A stretch of DNA of 64,000 nt from an uncultured Actinomycetes bacterium. Lineage in GTDB: Bacteria; Actinomycetota; UBA4738; HRBIN12. The stretch is taken from assembly GCA_963825635.1 (NCBI GenBank), contig CAWGTU010000003.1:459812-523811 (forward strand). Reading direction: 5' to 3'. Positions 1 through 9,573 of the stretch are shown here, one piece after another. The number at the start of each line of letters is the position of its first letter. Position 1 is the stretch's first letter. The notes below the pieces were generated by a model, which saw only the letters and a list, made by a program, of their open reading frames with translations, was not told the DNA's origin and did no database searches. Made by a program: the position numbers and the translations under genes.

Positions 1-1716
1 GACTGGCCCACGTGCTTCGGCAGCTGGGTGCCCCGGTGGGAGTACCACACGCTGATCGAGTACGTGCACCGGGCGCTCGGGGTGATATCGGGGCTCCTCG
101 CCGTGGCCCTCGCCGTCGTCGGCGTGACCGAGCTCGTGCGCGCCCGCCGTGGGCGGCCGACCACGACGCCACGCGGAGCGGTCTGGATGGCGGTCGCCCT
201 CGTGCCCCTCTTCGGCGTGCAGGGGGCCCTCGGCGGCGCGGTCGTGAACAGCGAGCTCGATCCCGCCGTGGTCACGCTGCACTTCGGGCTCGCGATGATC
301 GTGCTCGGCGTGCTGGTGGCGGCCACGACGCTGGCGTTCGAGGGCGACGACCGAGCCGGAGACCGCAGGTACGCGAGGCTCGCCGTGATCACGGCGGTCG
401 CGACGTTCGCGTTGCTCCTCGTCGGCACGTACGTGCGGGCAGAGGGCGCCGGGCTCGCGTTCCGGGACTGGCCGCTGATGGGCGGCCGCCTGGTGCCGTC
501 GTTCGGGCCGCGCGGCGCCGCCGAGATGTTCGCGCACCGGGTCCTCGCGATCCTCGTCGCCGCCCTCGTGCTCTGGCTGAGCGTTCGGGCACGCACGATG
601 CGCGAGCGCTCCGACCGCCTGGTCAGGCTCTCCACGCTGGCCGGCGTGCTCTTCATCGGCCAGATCGCGGTCGGGGGCGTCAACGTGATCACCGAGCTCT
701 CGACCTGGCCGCGCGCCCTGCACGTGGGCTTGTCGGCGGCCATCTGGGCCACCGTCGTCGCGCTCGCGGTGGTCGCACGCCGCGAACCCGTCGTGGGCAG
801 GGGCACCGGCGCCGCCGACGTGGCCGAGGCGCCCGAGGTCGCCGAGCCTGCCTCGCTCGGCGACACGGTCACCGCCTACGTCCGTCTCACGAAGCCGCGC
901 ATCATCGTGCTGCTGCTGATCACGACCGTGCCGGCGATGGTGCTCGCCGAAGGCGGGTTCCCGTCGCTGTGGCTCGTGCTCGCCACGCTCGTCGGGGGTT
1001 CACTCGCCGCCGGGGCCGCGAACGCGATCAACATGTACCTCGACCGCGACATCGACGAGGTGATGCGACGGACCCGCAGCCGTCCCCTCCCGGCGCATCA
1101 GGTCCCCGCCGAGCGAGCCCTCGCGTTCGGGTTCTGGCTCGGGGCCTTCTCGTTCCTGTTCCTGAGCGTGACCGTGAACGTGCTCGCGGCGACGCTCTCG
1201 CTCGCGGCGATCGCCTTCTACGTCGTGGTGTACACGATGTGGCTGAAGCGCTCGACGACGCAGAACATCGTGATCGGCGGGGCGGCCGGCGCCGCGCCGG
1301 CCCTGATCGGATGGGCCGCGGTGACCGGCTCGCTCGCCCTGCCCGCCTGGATCCTCTTCGCGATCGTGTTCGTCTGGACCCCACCGCACTTCTGGGCGCT
1401 GGCGCTGCGGTTCAGCGGCGACTACGCGGCCGCGGGCGTGCCGATGCTGCCGGTGGTCAAGGGTGAGGACGAGACGCGACGCCAGATCTTCCTGTACTCC
1501 CTCGTGCTGTTCGGCACGACGTTGCTGCTCGCGCCCACGGCCGGCCTCGGTCCGATCTACCTCGCCACGGCGGTGGTGCTCGGGGGGGTCTTCGTCTACC
1601 GCGCGCTCGTGCTGTGGCGAACGGCCAGCGCCGACCGTTCGTGGCGGCTCTTCAGCTACTCGATCGTCTACCTCGCCGCCCTGTTCGGCGCCGTCGCGCT
1701 CGACGCCGTCGTCTAA
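1..1716 (+). CDS. ctaA/ctaB: Fused heme A synthase (CtaA-like N-terminal half with four HxxxA/HR helices) and protoheme IX farnesyltransferase (CtaB/heme O synthase C-terminal half); 5' end lies outside the window
   Basis: ORF 28..1716 has no upstream stop in frame to position 1. C-terminal half carries the UbiA/CtaB motifs LTKPRII and NMYLDRDIDEVMRRTRSRPLP. N-terminal half carries paired His-containing TM helices typical of heme A synthase. Confidence 0.75.
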   Translation, partial: DWPTCFGSWVPRWEYHTLIEYVHRALGVISGLLAVALAVVGVTELVRARRGRPTTTPRGAVWMAVALVPLFGVQGALGGAVVNSELDPAVVTLHFGLAMIVLGVLVAATTLAFEGDDRAGDRRYARLAVITAVATFALLLVGTYVRAEGAGLAFRDWPLMGGRLVPSFGPRGAAEMFAHRVLAILVAALVLWLSVRARTMRERSDRLVRLSTLAGVLFIGQIAVGGVNVITELSTWPRALHVGLSAAIWATVVALAVVARREPVVGRGTGAADVAEAPEVAEPASLGDTVTAYVRLTKPRIIVLLLITTVPAMVLAEGGFPSLWLVLATLVGGSLAAGAANAINMYLDRDIDEVMRRTRSRPLPAHQVPAERALAFGFWLGAFSFLFLSVTVNVLAATLSLAAIAFYVVVYTMWLKRSTTQNIVIGGAAGAAPALIGWAAVTGSLALPAWILFAIVFVWTPPHFWALALRFSGDYAAAGVPMLPVVKGEDETRRQIFLYSLVLFGTTLLLAPTAGLGPIYLATAVVLGGVFVYRALVLWRTASADRSWRLFSYSIVYLAALFGAVALDAVV

Positions 1717-2324
1717 CCCTCGCGGTCATCGGCCGCGAGCAGCTCGTCGATCAGCCCGGAGAGCTCGTCGGCGCCAGTCTCGCCGTACACCACGTACCGC
1801 ATCGTGCCCGAGGCGTCGACCAGGTAGGTGTCGGGCAGGAACGGGAAGCCGAGCGTCGACGCCGTGCGTCCGTCGGGGTCGAACAGGCTCTGGTACGGCA
1901 CCGCGAAATCCTCGATCCAGCGTTCCGCCTTGGCTCGGTCGTCGCGGTAGTCGACCCCGACGAAGGCCACGCCCCGATCCTCGTACTCGGCCTGGACCTG
2001 CAGCAGGGCGGGCTGCTCGCGCCGACACGGCCCGCACCACGTGGCCCAGACGTTCACGACGAGCACCGACCACTCCATCGAGCGCGTATCGATCGGGGGC
2101 CCGACGACCGCCTCACCCTCGAGACCGGGGAAGGGCTCGTCGAGCGTGGCCACGCCACCCTCTTCGCGCGGGTCGGTCGTCGGACGCAACGCGAACGCCG
2201 CGAGGCCGATCGCGATCACGACGATCGCGCCGACGACCGCGACGCGCCCGAGCCGAGGGCGGTGACCGGACGGTTCCTCGGGGGCCTGCGGGCCGGTCGC
2301 CGGAGCGTCGGATGCGGACGTCAG
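1713..2324 (-). CDS. TlpA/ResA-like membrane-anchored thiol:disulfide oxidoreductase (thioredoxin fold, WCGPC motif)
   Basis: WATWCGPCRRE active site with a thioredoxin-like fold and one N-terminal TM helix. No canonical start lies between the cupredoxin stop and the TM helix, so the start (~2324, possibly CTG overlapping the upstream TGA) is uncertain. The long Arg-rich N-terminus in the ORF track was rejected. Confidence 0.6.
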   Translation of the reverse strand: MTSASDAPATGPQAPEEPSGHRPRLGRVAVVGAIVVIAIGLAAFALRPTTDPREEGGVATLDEPFPGLEGEAVVGPPIDTRSMEWSVLVVNVWATWCGPCRREQPALLQVQAEYEDRGVAFVGVDYRDDRAKAERWIEDFAVPYQSLFDPDGRTASTLGFPFLPDTYLVDASGTMRYVVYGETGADELSGLIDELLAADDREG

Positions 2325-3628
2325 GTGACCTCGACCGTGCCGATCATCGTCGGATGCACGTCGCAGCGGAACTCGTAGGTCCCGGCCTCCATCGGCGGGA
2401 TCGTGTAGTCGACCGTCGCCGGCCCGTCGATGAGCTCGCCCTGGAACAGCGCGGTGTCGCCGTCGTAGATCGAGACGTTGTGCGGGCCCGCGACGTCGAC
2501 GGGGTCCCGATTGTCGAACGTGAGGGTGACCTCGGAGGCCGCCGGCCACGTGAGCGTCGTCGGATCGAACGCGGTTCCCTCGGCTGCGACCGAGGCGGCT
2601 GCCGTGCCCTCGGCGGTTGCACCGCCGCCTTCGTCGGGCGGCTCCTCGCCGCCCTCGCCCGAGCCGCCGCCACCGCCGTCACCCCCACCGCCGTCGCCGC
2701 TCACGATGACGGTCCCGCTCATGTTCGGATGCACGTCGCAGTGGAAGTAGTACTCCCCCTCGGGGAGCGGCGGGATGTCGTAGACCACGCTCACCGGCCC
2801 CGTCACGATCTCGCCGACGAAGAGCGACTCGTCGAGCGTGTCGTCGGTGTAGATCGCGATGTTGTGGGGCGTGCCGGCGTCCTGGTTGTCGAGCGTGATC
2901 TTCGTGGGCGTGTCGGGAGGCAACTCGATCGTGTCGGTGTCGAACGCGATGTCGGCGGCCACGACCGTGATCCCCTCGCCGCCGCCACCGTCTCCGCCAC
3001 CTTCGGGCGAGGCCGTCATCGTGCCCGTCATCGTGGTCGGGTGGACCTCGCAGTTGAAGAAGAACTCACCCTCGGTCAGCGGCTCGACGGCGTAGTCGAC
3101 CGTGGCAGGCCCCGTGATGATCTCGCCGCGGAACAGCTGCGGCGCCTCGGCGTCGGCGCCGTCGTAGATCACGACGTTGTGCGGCACGGCCGGGTCCGCG
3201 TTCTCGAACGCGAGCGTGAACGGCACATCGCTCGGCACCGACACCGCATCGGTCGAGAACCCGGTGGTGGCCGCCCCTTCGGGCGCGGCCAACGCGACGA
3301 CCGCCTCACCGCCCGGGCCGCCGCCCTCTCCCTCTTCCTCGAGCGGAGCCGCAACCACGGCGAGCCCTCCCGCGAGCATCGCGATGCCGGTCATGGCGGC
3401 GACCATCGAGAACAGCGTGGAACCCGTCACGCGCTTCCTCGAGGCGACCCACGCCGCGACCACCACGATGCCGACAGCCGCCACGAGAGCGACCACGGTC
3501 GCCGCGTTGTGCGAGATCGCGAGCAAGACCCGCGAGAAGCCTGCGAGCACCAGGCCGATCACGGCCAGCACCCCGATCGGCATCAGGATCGGCAGCAGCA
3601 GGCTCTGCCGGTTCTTGCCCTCACTCAT
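2321..3628 (-). CDS. Membrane-anchored triple-cupredoxin (three tandem type-1 blue-copper domains, each with His/Cys/His/Met ligands) joined by Gly-rich linkers
   Basis: Two N-terminal TM helices. Three repeats carry PHN...C(E/D)VHP(T/N)M motifs: PHNVVIY..NCEVHPTTM, PHNIAIY..HCDVHPNM, PHNVSIY..RCDVHPTM. Confidence 0.75.
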   Translation of the reverse strand: MSEGKNRQSLLLPILMPIGVLAVIGLVLAGFSRVLLAISHNAATVVALVAAVGIVVVAAWVASRKRVTGSTLFSMVAAMTGIAMLAGGLAVVAAPLEEEGEGGGPGGEAVVALAAPEGAATTGFSTDAVSVPSDVPFTLAFENADPAVPHNVVIYDGADAEAPQLFRGEIITGPATVDYAVEPLTEGEFFFNCEVHPTTMTGTMTASPEGGGDGGGGEGITVVAADIAFDTDTIELPPDTPTKITLDNQDAGTPHNIAIYTDDTLDESLFVGEIVTGPVSVVYDIPPLPEGEYYFHCDVHPNMSGTVIVSGDGGGGDGGGGGSGEGGEEPPDEGGGATAEGTAAASVAAEGTAFDPTTLTWPAASEVTLTFDNRDPVDVAGPHNVSIYDGDTALFQGELIDGPATVDYTIPPMEAGTYEFRCDVHPTMIGTVEVT

Positions 3629-3667
3629 CGATCCGACGCTCCGATCGCTCGTTCTCCGCGGCGGCGC

Positions 3668-4498
3668 TCATCGGCCGAGCTCCGCACCGATCTCTCGTTG
3701 CACGTTCTGGTACGCCGACCTGTCGAGGCCGTCACGCTGTTCCTGCTCGAACCATCGGAAGAAGATCACCGCGATCACTCCCCAGAGCAGCAGCCCCCCG
3801 ACGATCTTCATGATGAGCCCCGCGACCAGCTGATCGGTCAGGGCCGACATGCCCCAGATGCGGGGGAACGTCGCGTAGACCGGGTACAGGGGCGTGTGAC
3901 CGAACGTCAGGAAGGACGCCGGGATCGTGGGCGCGAGCGACTGCAGGAACAGGTAGATCATCTGTCCCGGTGGCGAGAGCGCCGGCATCTCGGGCAGCGG
4001 CGACATCACCGGCCACCACATCAGCAGCGCCGAGGTCACGATCAGCACGTGGAGCGAGAGGTGGATCGCCTCCGACCCCACCGACGCTTCGACGATCGTG
4101 GGCCAGTGCGTGAACAGCAGCACGCCGTTGAAGACCGCGAGCGCGATCAGCGGCCGCGTGAAGAATCGGAACACACGCCGAACGGGCGGGGGGGCGAGCA
4201 GCGCCCGGAGCATCCACGCCGGCATCCCCGCGATCAGCAGAGGTGCCGCGATCAGCGTGAACAGCAGGTGCTGGGTCATGTGCATGAGGTAGAGGTAGCC
4301 CTCGGCGAGGTCGTGCACCGGCCAATCGGCGCCCAGCCATAGCACACCCATCCCCGAGAGGAAGAGCGCCTTCGTGCGTCGCGGTGTCCCCTCGCCGGTG
4401 GTGTCGGCGTGGCGGCGGGCGGCGATCAGGTAGGCCGCGACGATCGAGCCGAACAACAGCCAGACGTCGGGATGCAGGTGCCAGGGAGGGAGCTGCAC
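3668..4498 (-). CDS. ctaG: Caa3-type cytochrome oxidase assembly factor CtaG-like polytopic membrane protein
   Basis: ~276 aa with 6-7 TM helices, sitting directly downstream of ctaF in the cta operon. Assignment is by position and topology. Confidence 0.5.
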   Translation of the reverse strand: MQLPPWHLHPDVWLLFGSIVAAYLIAARRHADTTGEGTPRRTKALFLSGMGVLWLGADWPVHDLAEGYLYLMHMTQHLLFTLIAAPLLIAGMPAWMLRALLAPPPVRRVFRFFTRPLIALAVFNGVLLFTHWPTIVEASVGSEAIHLSLHVLIVTSALLMWWPVMSPLPEMPALSPPGQMIYLFLQSLAPTIPASFLTFGHTPLYPVYATFPRIWGMSALTDQLVAGLIMKIVGGLLLWGVIAVIFFRWFEQEQRDGLDRSAYQNVQREIGAELGR

Positions 4499-4505
4499 CG
4501 ACGCC

Positions 4506-4871
4506 TCACTCCACCACGAAGACGCCGAACGAGATCAACACGATCAGGTAGAGCGTGGCCGCTCCCGCGAGCCCCATCACGAAGAACCGCGCGTACGTGA
4601 GGCTGTCGAACCTCAGGTGCATGAACCACATCACGACGAGGGCGAACTTGATGATCGACAGCACGATCAGGGTCGGCACCAGGGCCCCGCCGACGTCGAC
4701 GTAGTAGGTGGCGACCTCGAGCGCCGTGAGCACGGCGAGGATCACGCCGATGCGGATGTACTCCTTGGCGCTCGGGTGCTCGTGATGCGGCGCCTGGGCC
4801 TCACGGGGGTCGGGCATGTCCCGTGTGCCGAGTTCCTCCTGGAACCGCGTCTCCGTCTCGGACACCGTCAT
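4506..4871 (-). CDS. ctaF: Cytochrome c oxidase subunit IV (prokaryotic CtaF type)
   Basis: Small protein with two TM helices and a KFALVVMWFMHL motif, between ctaE and ctaG. Confidence 0.65.
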   Translation of the reverse strand: MTVSETETRFQEELGTRDMPDPREAQAPHHEHPSAKEYIRIGVILAVLTALEVATYYVDVGGALVPTLIVLSIIKFALVVMWFMHLRFDSLTYARFFVMGLAGAATLYLIVLISFGVFVVE

Positions 4872-4877
4872 CGCCTC

Positions 4878-5516
4878 CTAGACCGGCGCCGGAGCGGGGG
4901 TCGGGATCAGGTACACGACCGTGAAGATGATGATCCACACGATGTCGACGAAGTGCCAGTACAGGCCCACCATCTCGACCGGGAACGCGGCATCGTCGGG
5001 CAGGCGATCGGCCGCCGAGAAGCCGACGAGCGAGAGGAGCATCAGGATGCCGAACGTCACGTGCACACCGTGGAAGCCCGTGAGCACGTAGAAGGTCGTG
5101 CCGAACAGGTTCGTCGAGATCGACAGACCCTCGTCGTAGAAGACCGTGAACTCGTAGACCTGTCCCGCCACGAACGTGAGGCCGAGCAGGGCGGTGGACA
5201 GCAGCCACAGCCGCATGCGGGAGACGTCGCGCTTCTGGGCCGCCGCGAGCGCCAGGACCATCGTCAGCGACGAGGCCAACAGCACGAACGACGACACCGA
5301 CGTGTAGGGGATGTCGAAGACGTCGTCCGGGTAGGGCCCGACGTCGCTGGCACCGCGATACAGCACGTAGGTGCTGATCAACGCGCCGAACAGCATGCAT
5401 TCGGAGGCGAGGAACACCCACATCGCGAGCTTCGTGTTCGGCAATCCGGTGGAGGTCGCGTGCTCGTCGTGCGCCGGGGCCGCGCCGGATGGTGGGGTGA
5501 TCGCGAGGTCGGCCAC
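4878..5516 (-). CDS. ctaE: Cytochrome c oxidase subunit III
   Basis: Conserved subunit III helices (FFxxGFHGxHV-like: VLTGFHGVHVTFG; WHFVDIVW). Confidence 0.9.
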   Translation of the reverse strand: MADLAITPPSGAAPAHDEHATSTGLPNTKLAMWVFLASECMLFGALISTYVLYRGASDVGPYPDDVFDIPYTSVSSFVLLASSLTMVLALAAAQKRDVSRMRLWLLSTALLGLTFVAGQVYEFTVFYDEGLSISTNLFGTTFYVLTGFHGVHVTFGILMLLSLVGFSAADRLPDDAAFPVEMVGLYWHFVDIVWIIIFTVVYLIPTPAPAPV

Positions 5517-5519
5517 CGT

Positions 5520-7397
5520 CTACTCCTCCGCCACCGAGGGCTCGAACGCCCACCCGTAGAAGCCCACCAACGCGATGAGGGCGCCGAGCCCGAACAGCCA
5601 CCACGAGTAGAGCACGCCGTAGCCGATGATCGGCAGGCCGAGGCTCGAGACGATCGGCCAGTACGAGGGGCTGGGCAGGTGGATCGCGTGGCCGCCCCCG
5701 TGTGCATCGTCGTGGGCGTCGGAGGCGCCCGCCTGCGCGGGCACGAGCCGGCCGGTGCGTTCGTCCTCCACGTACTTGCGATGCCAGAACTCGTCGAGCG
5801 AGTGCACGGTCGGGATCTCGTCGAAGTTGTGCACGGGCGGCGGGCTGGTGGTCATCCACTCGAGCGTGCGGGCGTCCCACGGATCCTCGACGATCTCGGC
5901 CCGGGGCTTCAGATGCGTGCGGATCACGTTCACGATGAACATCAGCACCGCCAGGGCGATCAGGAACGCACCCACCGTGGAAACCTGGTTCCAGAACGTG
6001 AGACCCAGGGTCTCCGGATACGTGTACTCGCGCCGGATCATGCCCTGCAACCCGAGGATGTGCATCGGTCCGAAGGCCAGGTTGAAGCCGATGATGAGGA
6101 GCCAGAACTGCAGCTTGCCGGCCGCCTCGCCGAGCCGACGCCCGAACGCCTTCGGCCACCAGTAGTAGAACCCCGAGAAGATGCCGAAGATCGCGCCGCC
6201 GAACAGCACGTAGTGGAAGTGGGCGACGATGTAATAGGTGTCGGTCTGTTGGTAGTCGCTCGGCACGATCGCGTGGGTCACGCCCGACAGCCCGCCGATC
6301 ACGAACATCGCCACGCCGCCGACCGAGTACAGCATCGCCGAGGTGAACCGGATGTCACCGCCGTACATCGTGCCCATCCAGTTGAAGATCTTGATGCCGG
6401 TCGGCACGGCGATGATCGCCGTCGAGACGCCGAACGCCGTGTTGGCGACCGGCCCGAGGCCGGCCGCGAACATGTGGTGGGCCCACACGCCGAACCCGAT
6501 GAACCCGATCGCGATGCCGGAGAAGACGACGAACTGGTAGCCGAAGAGCGGCTTGCGGCTGAACACCGGCAGGACCTCGCTGAAGATGCCGAACGCCGGC
6601 AGGATCAGGATGTAGACCTCCGGGTGGCCGAACAACCAGAAGAGGTGTTGCCACAGGATCGGATCTCCCCCGCGGGTGGGATCGAAGAACGCGGTGTCCC
6701 ACCGGCGATCGAACAACAGCTGGAACAGCGCGATCGTGATGATCGGCAGGGAGAAGACGAGCAGGAACTGCACGACCAGCCCCATCCACACGAACACGGG
6801 CATGCGGAACAAGGTCATGCCGGGCGCGCGCATGTTGATCACCGTGACCGCGAGGTTCACGGCGCCGGTGGTCGACGCCACGCCGGTGATCAGCAGGCCG
6901 ATCGCATAGAACGTCATGCCGATCGAGGGATCGGTCGTGGAGTTCGGCGCGTACCCGAACCAGCCGCCGTTCGGCGCTCCGCCTAGGAGGAAGCTCGAGT
7001 ACAGGAAGATCCCCCCGAACAGGAAGGCCCAGAAGCTGTACGCGTTGATGCGAGGGAAGGCCACGTCGCGCGCGCCGATCATCAACGGGATCAGGTAGTT
7101 GAACAGCGCCGACGACATCGGCATCACGAACAGGAAGATCATCGTGAGTCCGTGCATCGTGAAGATCTGGTTGTACTCGTCGGCGTTCAGCAGGGTGCTG
7201 TCGGGCTGCGCCAGCTGAGCCCTGATCAGCAGGGCCTCGAGACCCCCGATGATGAAGAAGAAGAACGCGACGACCCCGTACATGATGCCGATCTTCTTGT
7301 GGTCCACCGTGGTGAACCAGCTCCAGAAGCCCGTGATCGCCGTGGGCCGTCGTAGCAGCCCCCGGCCCCCGGTCGAAGGAACGCTCACGCTCGCCAT
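5520..7397 (-). CDS. ctaD: Cytochrome c oxidase subunit I (heme-copper oxidase catalytic subunit) with a C-terminal two-helix extension
   Basis: HHMF, WAHHMF and GHPEVY motifs with 12+ TM helices; 625 aa. Confidence 0.95.
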   Translation of the reverse strand: MASVSVPSTGGRGLLRRPTAITGFWSWFTTVDHKKIGIMYGVVAFFFFIIGGLEALLIRAQLAQPDSTLLNADEYNQIFTMHGLTMIFLFVMPMSSALFNYLIPLMIGARDVAFPRINAYSFWAFLFGGIFLYSSFLLGGAPNGGWFGYAPNSTTDPSIGMTFYAIGLLITGVASTTGAVNLAVTVINMRAPGMTLFRMPVFVWMGLVVQFLLVFSLPIITIALFQLLFDRRWDTAFFDPTRGGDPILWQHLFWLFGHPEVYILILPAFGIFSEVLPVFSRKPLFGYQFVVFSGIAIGFIGFGVWAHHMFAAGLGPVANTAFGVSTAIIAVPTGIKIFNWMGTMYGGDIRFTSAMLYSVGGVAMFVIGGLSGVTHAIVPSDYQQTDTYYIVAHFHYVLFGGAIFGIFSGFYYWWPKAFGRRLGEAAGKLQFWLLIIGFNLAFGPMHILGLQGMIRREYTYPETLGLTFWNQVSTVGAFLIALAVLMFIVNVIRTHLKPRAEIVEDPWDARTLEWMTTSPPPVHNFDEIPTVHSLDEFWHRKYVEDERTGRLVPAQAGASDAHDDAHGGGHAIHLPSPSYWPIVSSLGLPIIGYGVLYSWWLFGLGALIALVGFYGWAFEPSVAEE

Positions 7398-7416
7398 GGG
7401 TGGGTGACCGCCTCCA

Positions 7417-8526
7417 TCACGTCAGGCTGTACAGGTAGGCGACGAGGGCATCGATCTCCTCGTCGGTGAGTTGGTAGTCGGGCATCTTCGACCCGAGCTT
7501 CTCGGCGTCGGGGTTCGCGAGCCACGCCGCCAGCGCCTCACGGTCCTCGGTCGACCAGTTGCAGCCGGCGAAGCATGTGTGTGCCGGGTCGGCGAAGTGC
7601 GACAGGTTGGGTGCCGCGGCGCCTCCCGCGTCGCCCACGGCGTGACAGGCCGTACACGCCCCGCGTCCGTCGCTCAACGGGTTGAGGAACAGCTCCTCTC
7701 CCTGCCGGGCGAGAGGGTCGGTCGGACTCGGCGCCAGGGTCTGCTGGTTCTCGACCCACGCCTCCCACTCCGCCGGATCGAGCGCCACGACCTCGAGCTT
7801 CATCCGTCCGTGCTGCAGCCCGCAGAACTCGGCGCACTGCCCCGTGTAGGTGCCGGCCTCGTCGACTCGGAATTGGATGTGGTTCGTGCGGTTCGGCACG
7901 ACGTCCTGCTTGCCGAAGAGCTGGGGCACCCAGAACGAGTGGATCACCTGGAAGTCGGGATCGCCGTTCGCATCCTGGGCGCCGCCGCCCCTCGCCTCGA
8001 GCGAGAGGTAGACGTCGCGGCCGGTGGGCACCACCATCGTGTCGGCGATCGTGATCGGGCGATCCCAGTCGGTGACCATGTCCTCGTCGGGGTAGGAGAA
8101 CCCCCACCACCACTGGTACCCCTCGACCGTGATGTTGAGCGCACCGTCTTCCGGCGGGCGAGCCAGCTCCCAGATCAACGAGACCGTCGGCACCATCACC
8201 ACGGCGAGCACGACGGCGGGCGCGATCGTCCAGCCGATCTCGAGCCGCGTGTTGCCGTGCGTCTGCCGCGGCATGACGTCGCGGCCCTTGCGATGACGGA
8301 AGCGCAACGCGATGTAGAGGATGCCGCCCTGCACGATCACGAAGACGCCGACGGCGACCCAGAACACGGGAACGAACAGGTCCTTCTGTTGCTTGGCGAC
8401 GTCGCCGACGGGCTGCAGGGTGTCCTGGCCGGCGTTCGGAGCGCACGCCGCGAGCAGCAGTCCCGCGGCGACGAGGCCGAGGGTCCACAGCGCCTTCTTC
8501 CGCACGATCAGTCTCGCTCCTCGCAT
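7417..8526 (-). CDS. ctaC: Cytochrome c oxidase subunit II with a fused C-terminal cytochrome c domain (caa3 type)
   Basis: CuA motif (HSFWVPQL ... CAEFCGLQHGRM) plus a C-terminal CTACH heme c site. Lipoprotein-like signal with Cys. Confidence 0.9.
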   Translation of the reverse strand: MRGARLIVRKKALWTLGLVAAGLLLAACAPNAGQDTLQPVGDVAKQQKDLFVPVFWVAVGVFVIVQGGILYIALRFRHRKGRDVMPRQTHGNTRLEIGWTIAPAVVLAVVMVPTVSLIWELARPPEDGALNITVEGYQWWWGFSYPDEDMVTDWDRPITIADTMVVPTGRDVYLSLEARGGGAQDANGDPDFQVIHSFWVPQLFGKQDVVPNRTNHIQFRVDEAGTYTGQCAEFCGLQHGRMKLEVVALDPAEWEAWVENQQTLAPSPTDPLARQGEELFLNPLSDGRGACTACHAVGDAGGAAAPNLSHFADPAHTCFAGCNWSTEDREALAAWLANPDAEKLGSKMPDYQLTDEEIDALVAYLYSLT

Positions 8527-8613
8527 ACCGTCGCGGTCGGATGCCGGCCCACCCCCGACCGGAACGCGCGAACTGTATCACCCACGCCTACGCAACCAGA
8601 CGCCGCGGATGCA

Positions 8614-9573
8614 TCACTTCGCATAGCTGTGGAGGCCGACGATCCAGAGGTTCACGGCGTAGTACGTGATCAACAACGAGACGAAGCCGACCAGCGCGAT
8701 CACGGCGGCACGGCGGCCCTTCCAGCCGCTCGTGGCCCGAGCGTGCAGGTAGCCGGCGAAGATCACCCAGGTGATGAACGACCACGTCTCCTTGGGGTCC
8801 CAGCCCCAGTACCGACCCCACGCCTCCTGGGCCCAGATCGCGCCGGCGATCACCGCGAACGTCCAGATCGGGAACGCGACGGCGATGATGCGATAGGCGA
8901 GCCGGTCGAGCCCGGCGGCGGACGGCACGAGCCGGCGCGTCGCCGGCCGCGTCTCGGCGTCCTCGGCCGAGTCCGGCACGAGATCGGCCGGCACGTCGGG
9001 GTCGTCGAGGTCGATCGCGCCACCCATGATGGGCGGCGGGGTCTGCGCGCTCATCGACTCGAGCCGCCTGCGCTCGCTGCGGTCGACCACGAGGTAGGCG
9101 ATCGTCGCGATGCCGCCGAGCGCGAAGAGCGACGACCCCCAGATCGCGGCCTGCACGTGGATCTTGATCCAGTACGAGTTGAGCGCCGGCACGAGCGGTC
9201 CGGGACCCACGTAGAGGAACGACACCGCCACCGCCATCGTGAGCACGCTGAACATCAGGGCGAACCCGGTCAGCGAGCGCACCCGGTACACGCCCTCCAC
9301 GACGACCAAGGCCCCCACCACGACGAGCAGGGCGAGCAGCGACGAGTACTCGTACATGTTGCCCCACGGCACCCGGTCGGCCGCCAGTCCTCGCGCGACG
9401 ATCGAGACGAGGTTGGCCGCGACGCCCACGACCGCCACCGCCCGCGACACCTGCCAGATGGCCTCGCGCTTGAAGGCCAGGAAGACGAAGTACCCGACCA
9501 TCGCGGCGAGGTAGGCGAAGAGGGCCACGTTGAACGCGTCGTTCGAGATGCGTGCCCACTGCAGGTCGGTCAC
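8614..9573 (-). CDS. ccsA: Cytochrome c-type biogenesis protein CcsA/ResC (system II heme handling, W-rich motif)
   Basis: WGWDPKETWSF WWD motif and conserved His residues; polytopic. Confidence 0.85.
   Translation of the reverse strand: MTDLQWARISNDAFNVALFAYLAAMVGYFVFLAFKREAIWQVSRAVAVVGVAANLVSIVARGLAADRVPWGNMYEYSSLLALLVVVGALVVVEGVYRVRSLTGFALMFSVLTMAVAVSFLYVGPGPLVPALNSYWIKIHVQAAIWGSSLFALGGIATIAYLVVDRSERRRLESMSAQTPPPIMGGAIDLDDPDVPADLVPDSAEDAETRPATRRLVPSAAGLDRLAYRIIAVAFPIWTFAVIAGAIWAQEAWGRYWGWDPKETWSFITWVIFAGYLHARATSGWKGRRAAVIALVGFVSLLITYYAVNLWIVGLHSYAK

Noticed and set aside
8527-8613. A Rex or other operator upstream of ctaC
   Set aside because: No inverted repeat or TTGTGAA-like motif was found in the 87-bp ccsA-ctaC gap.
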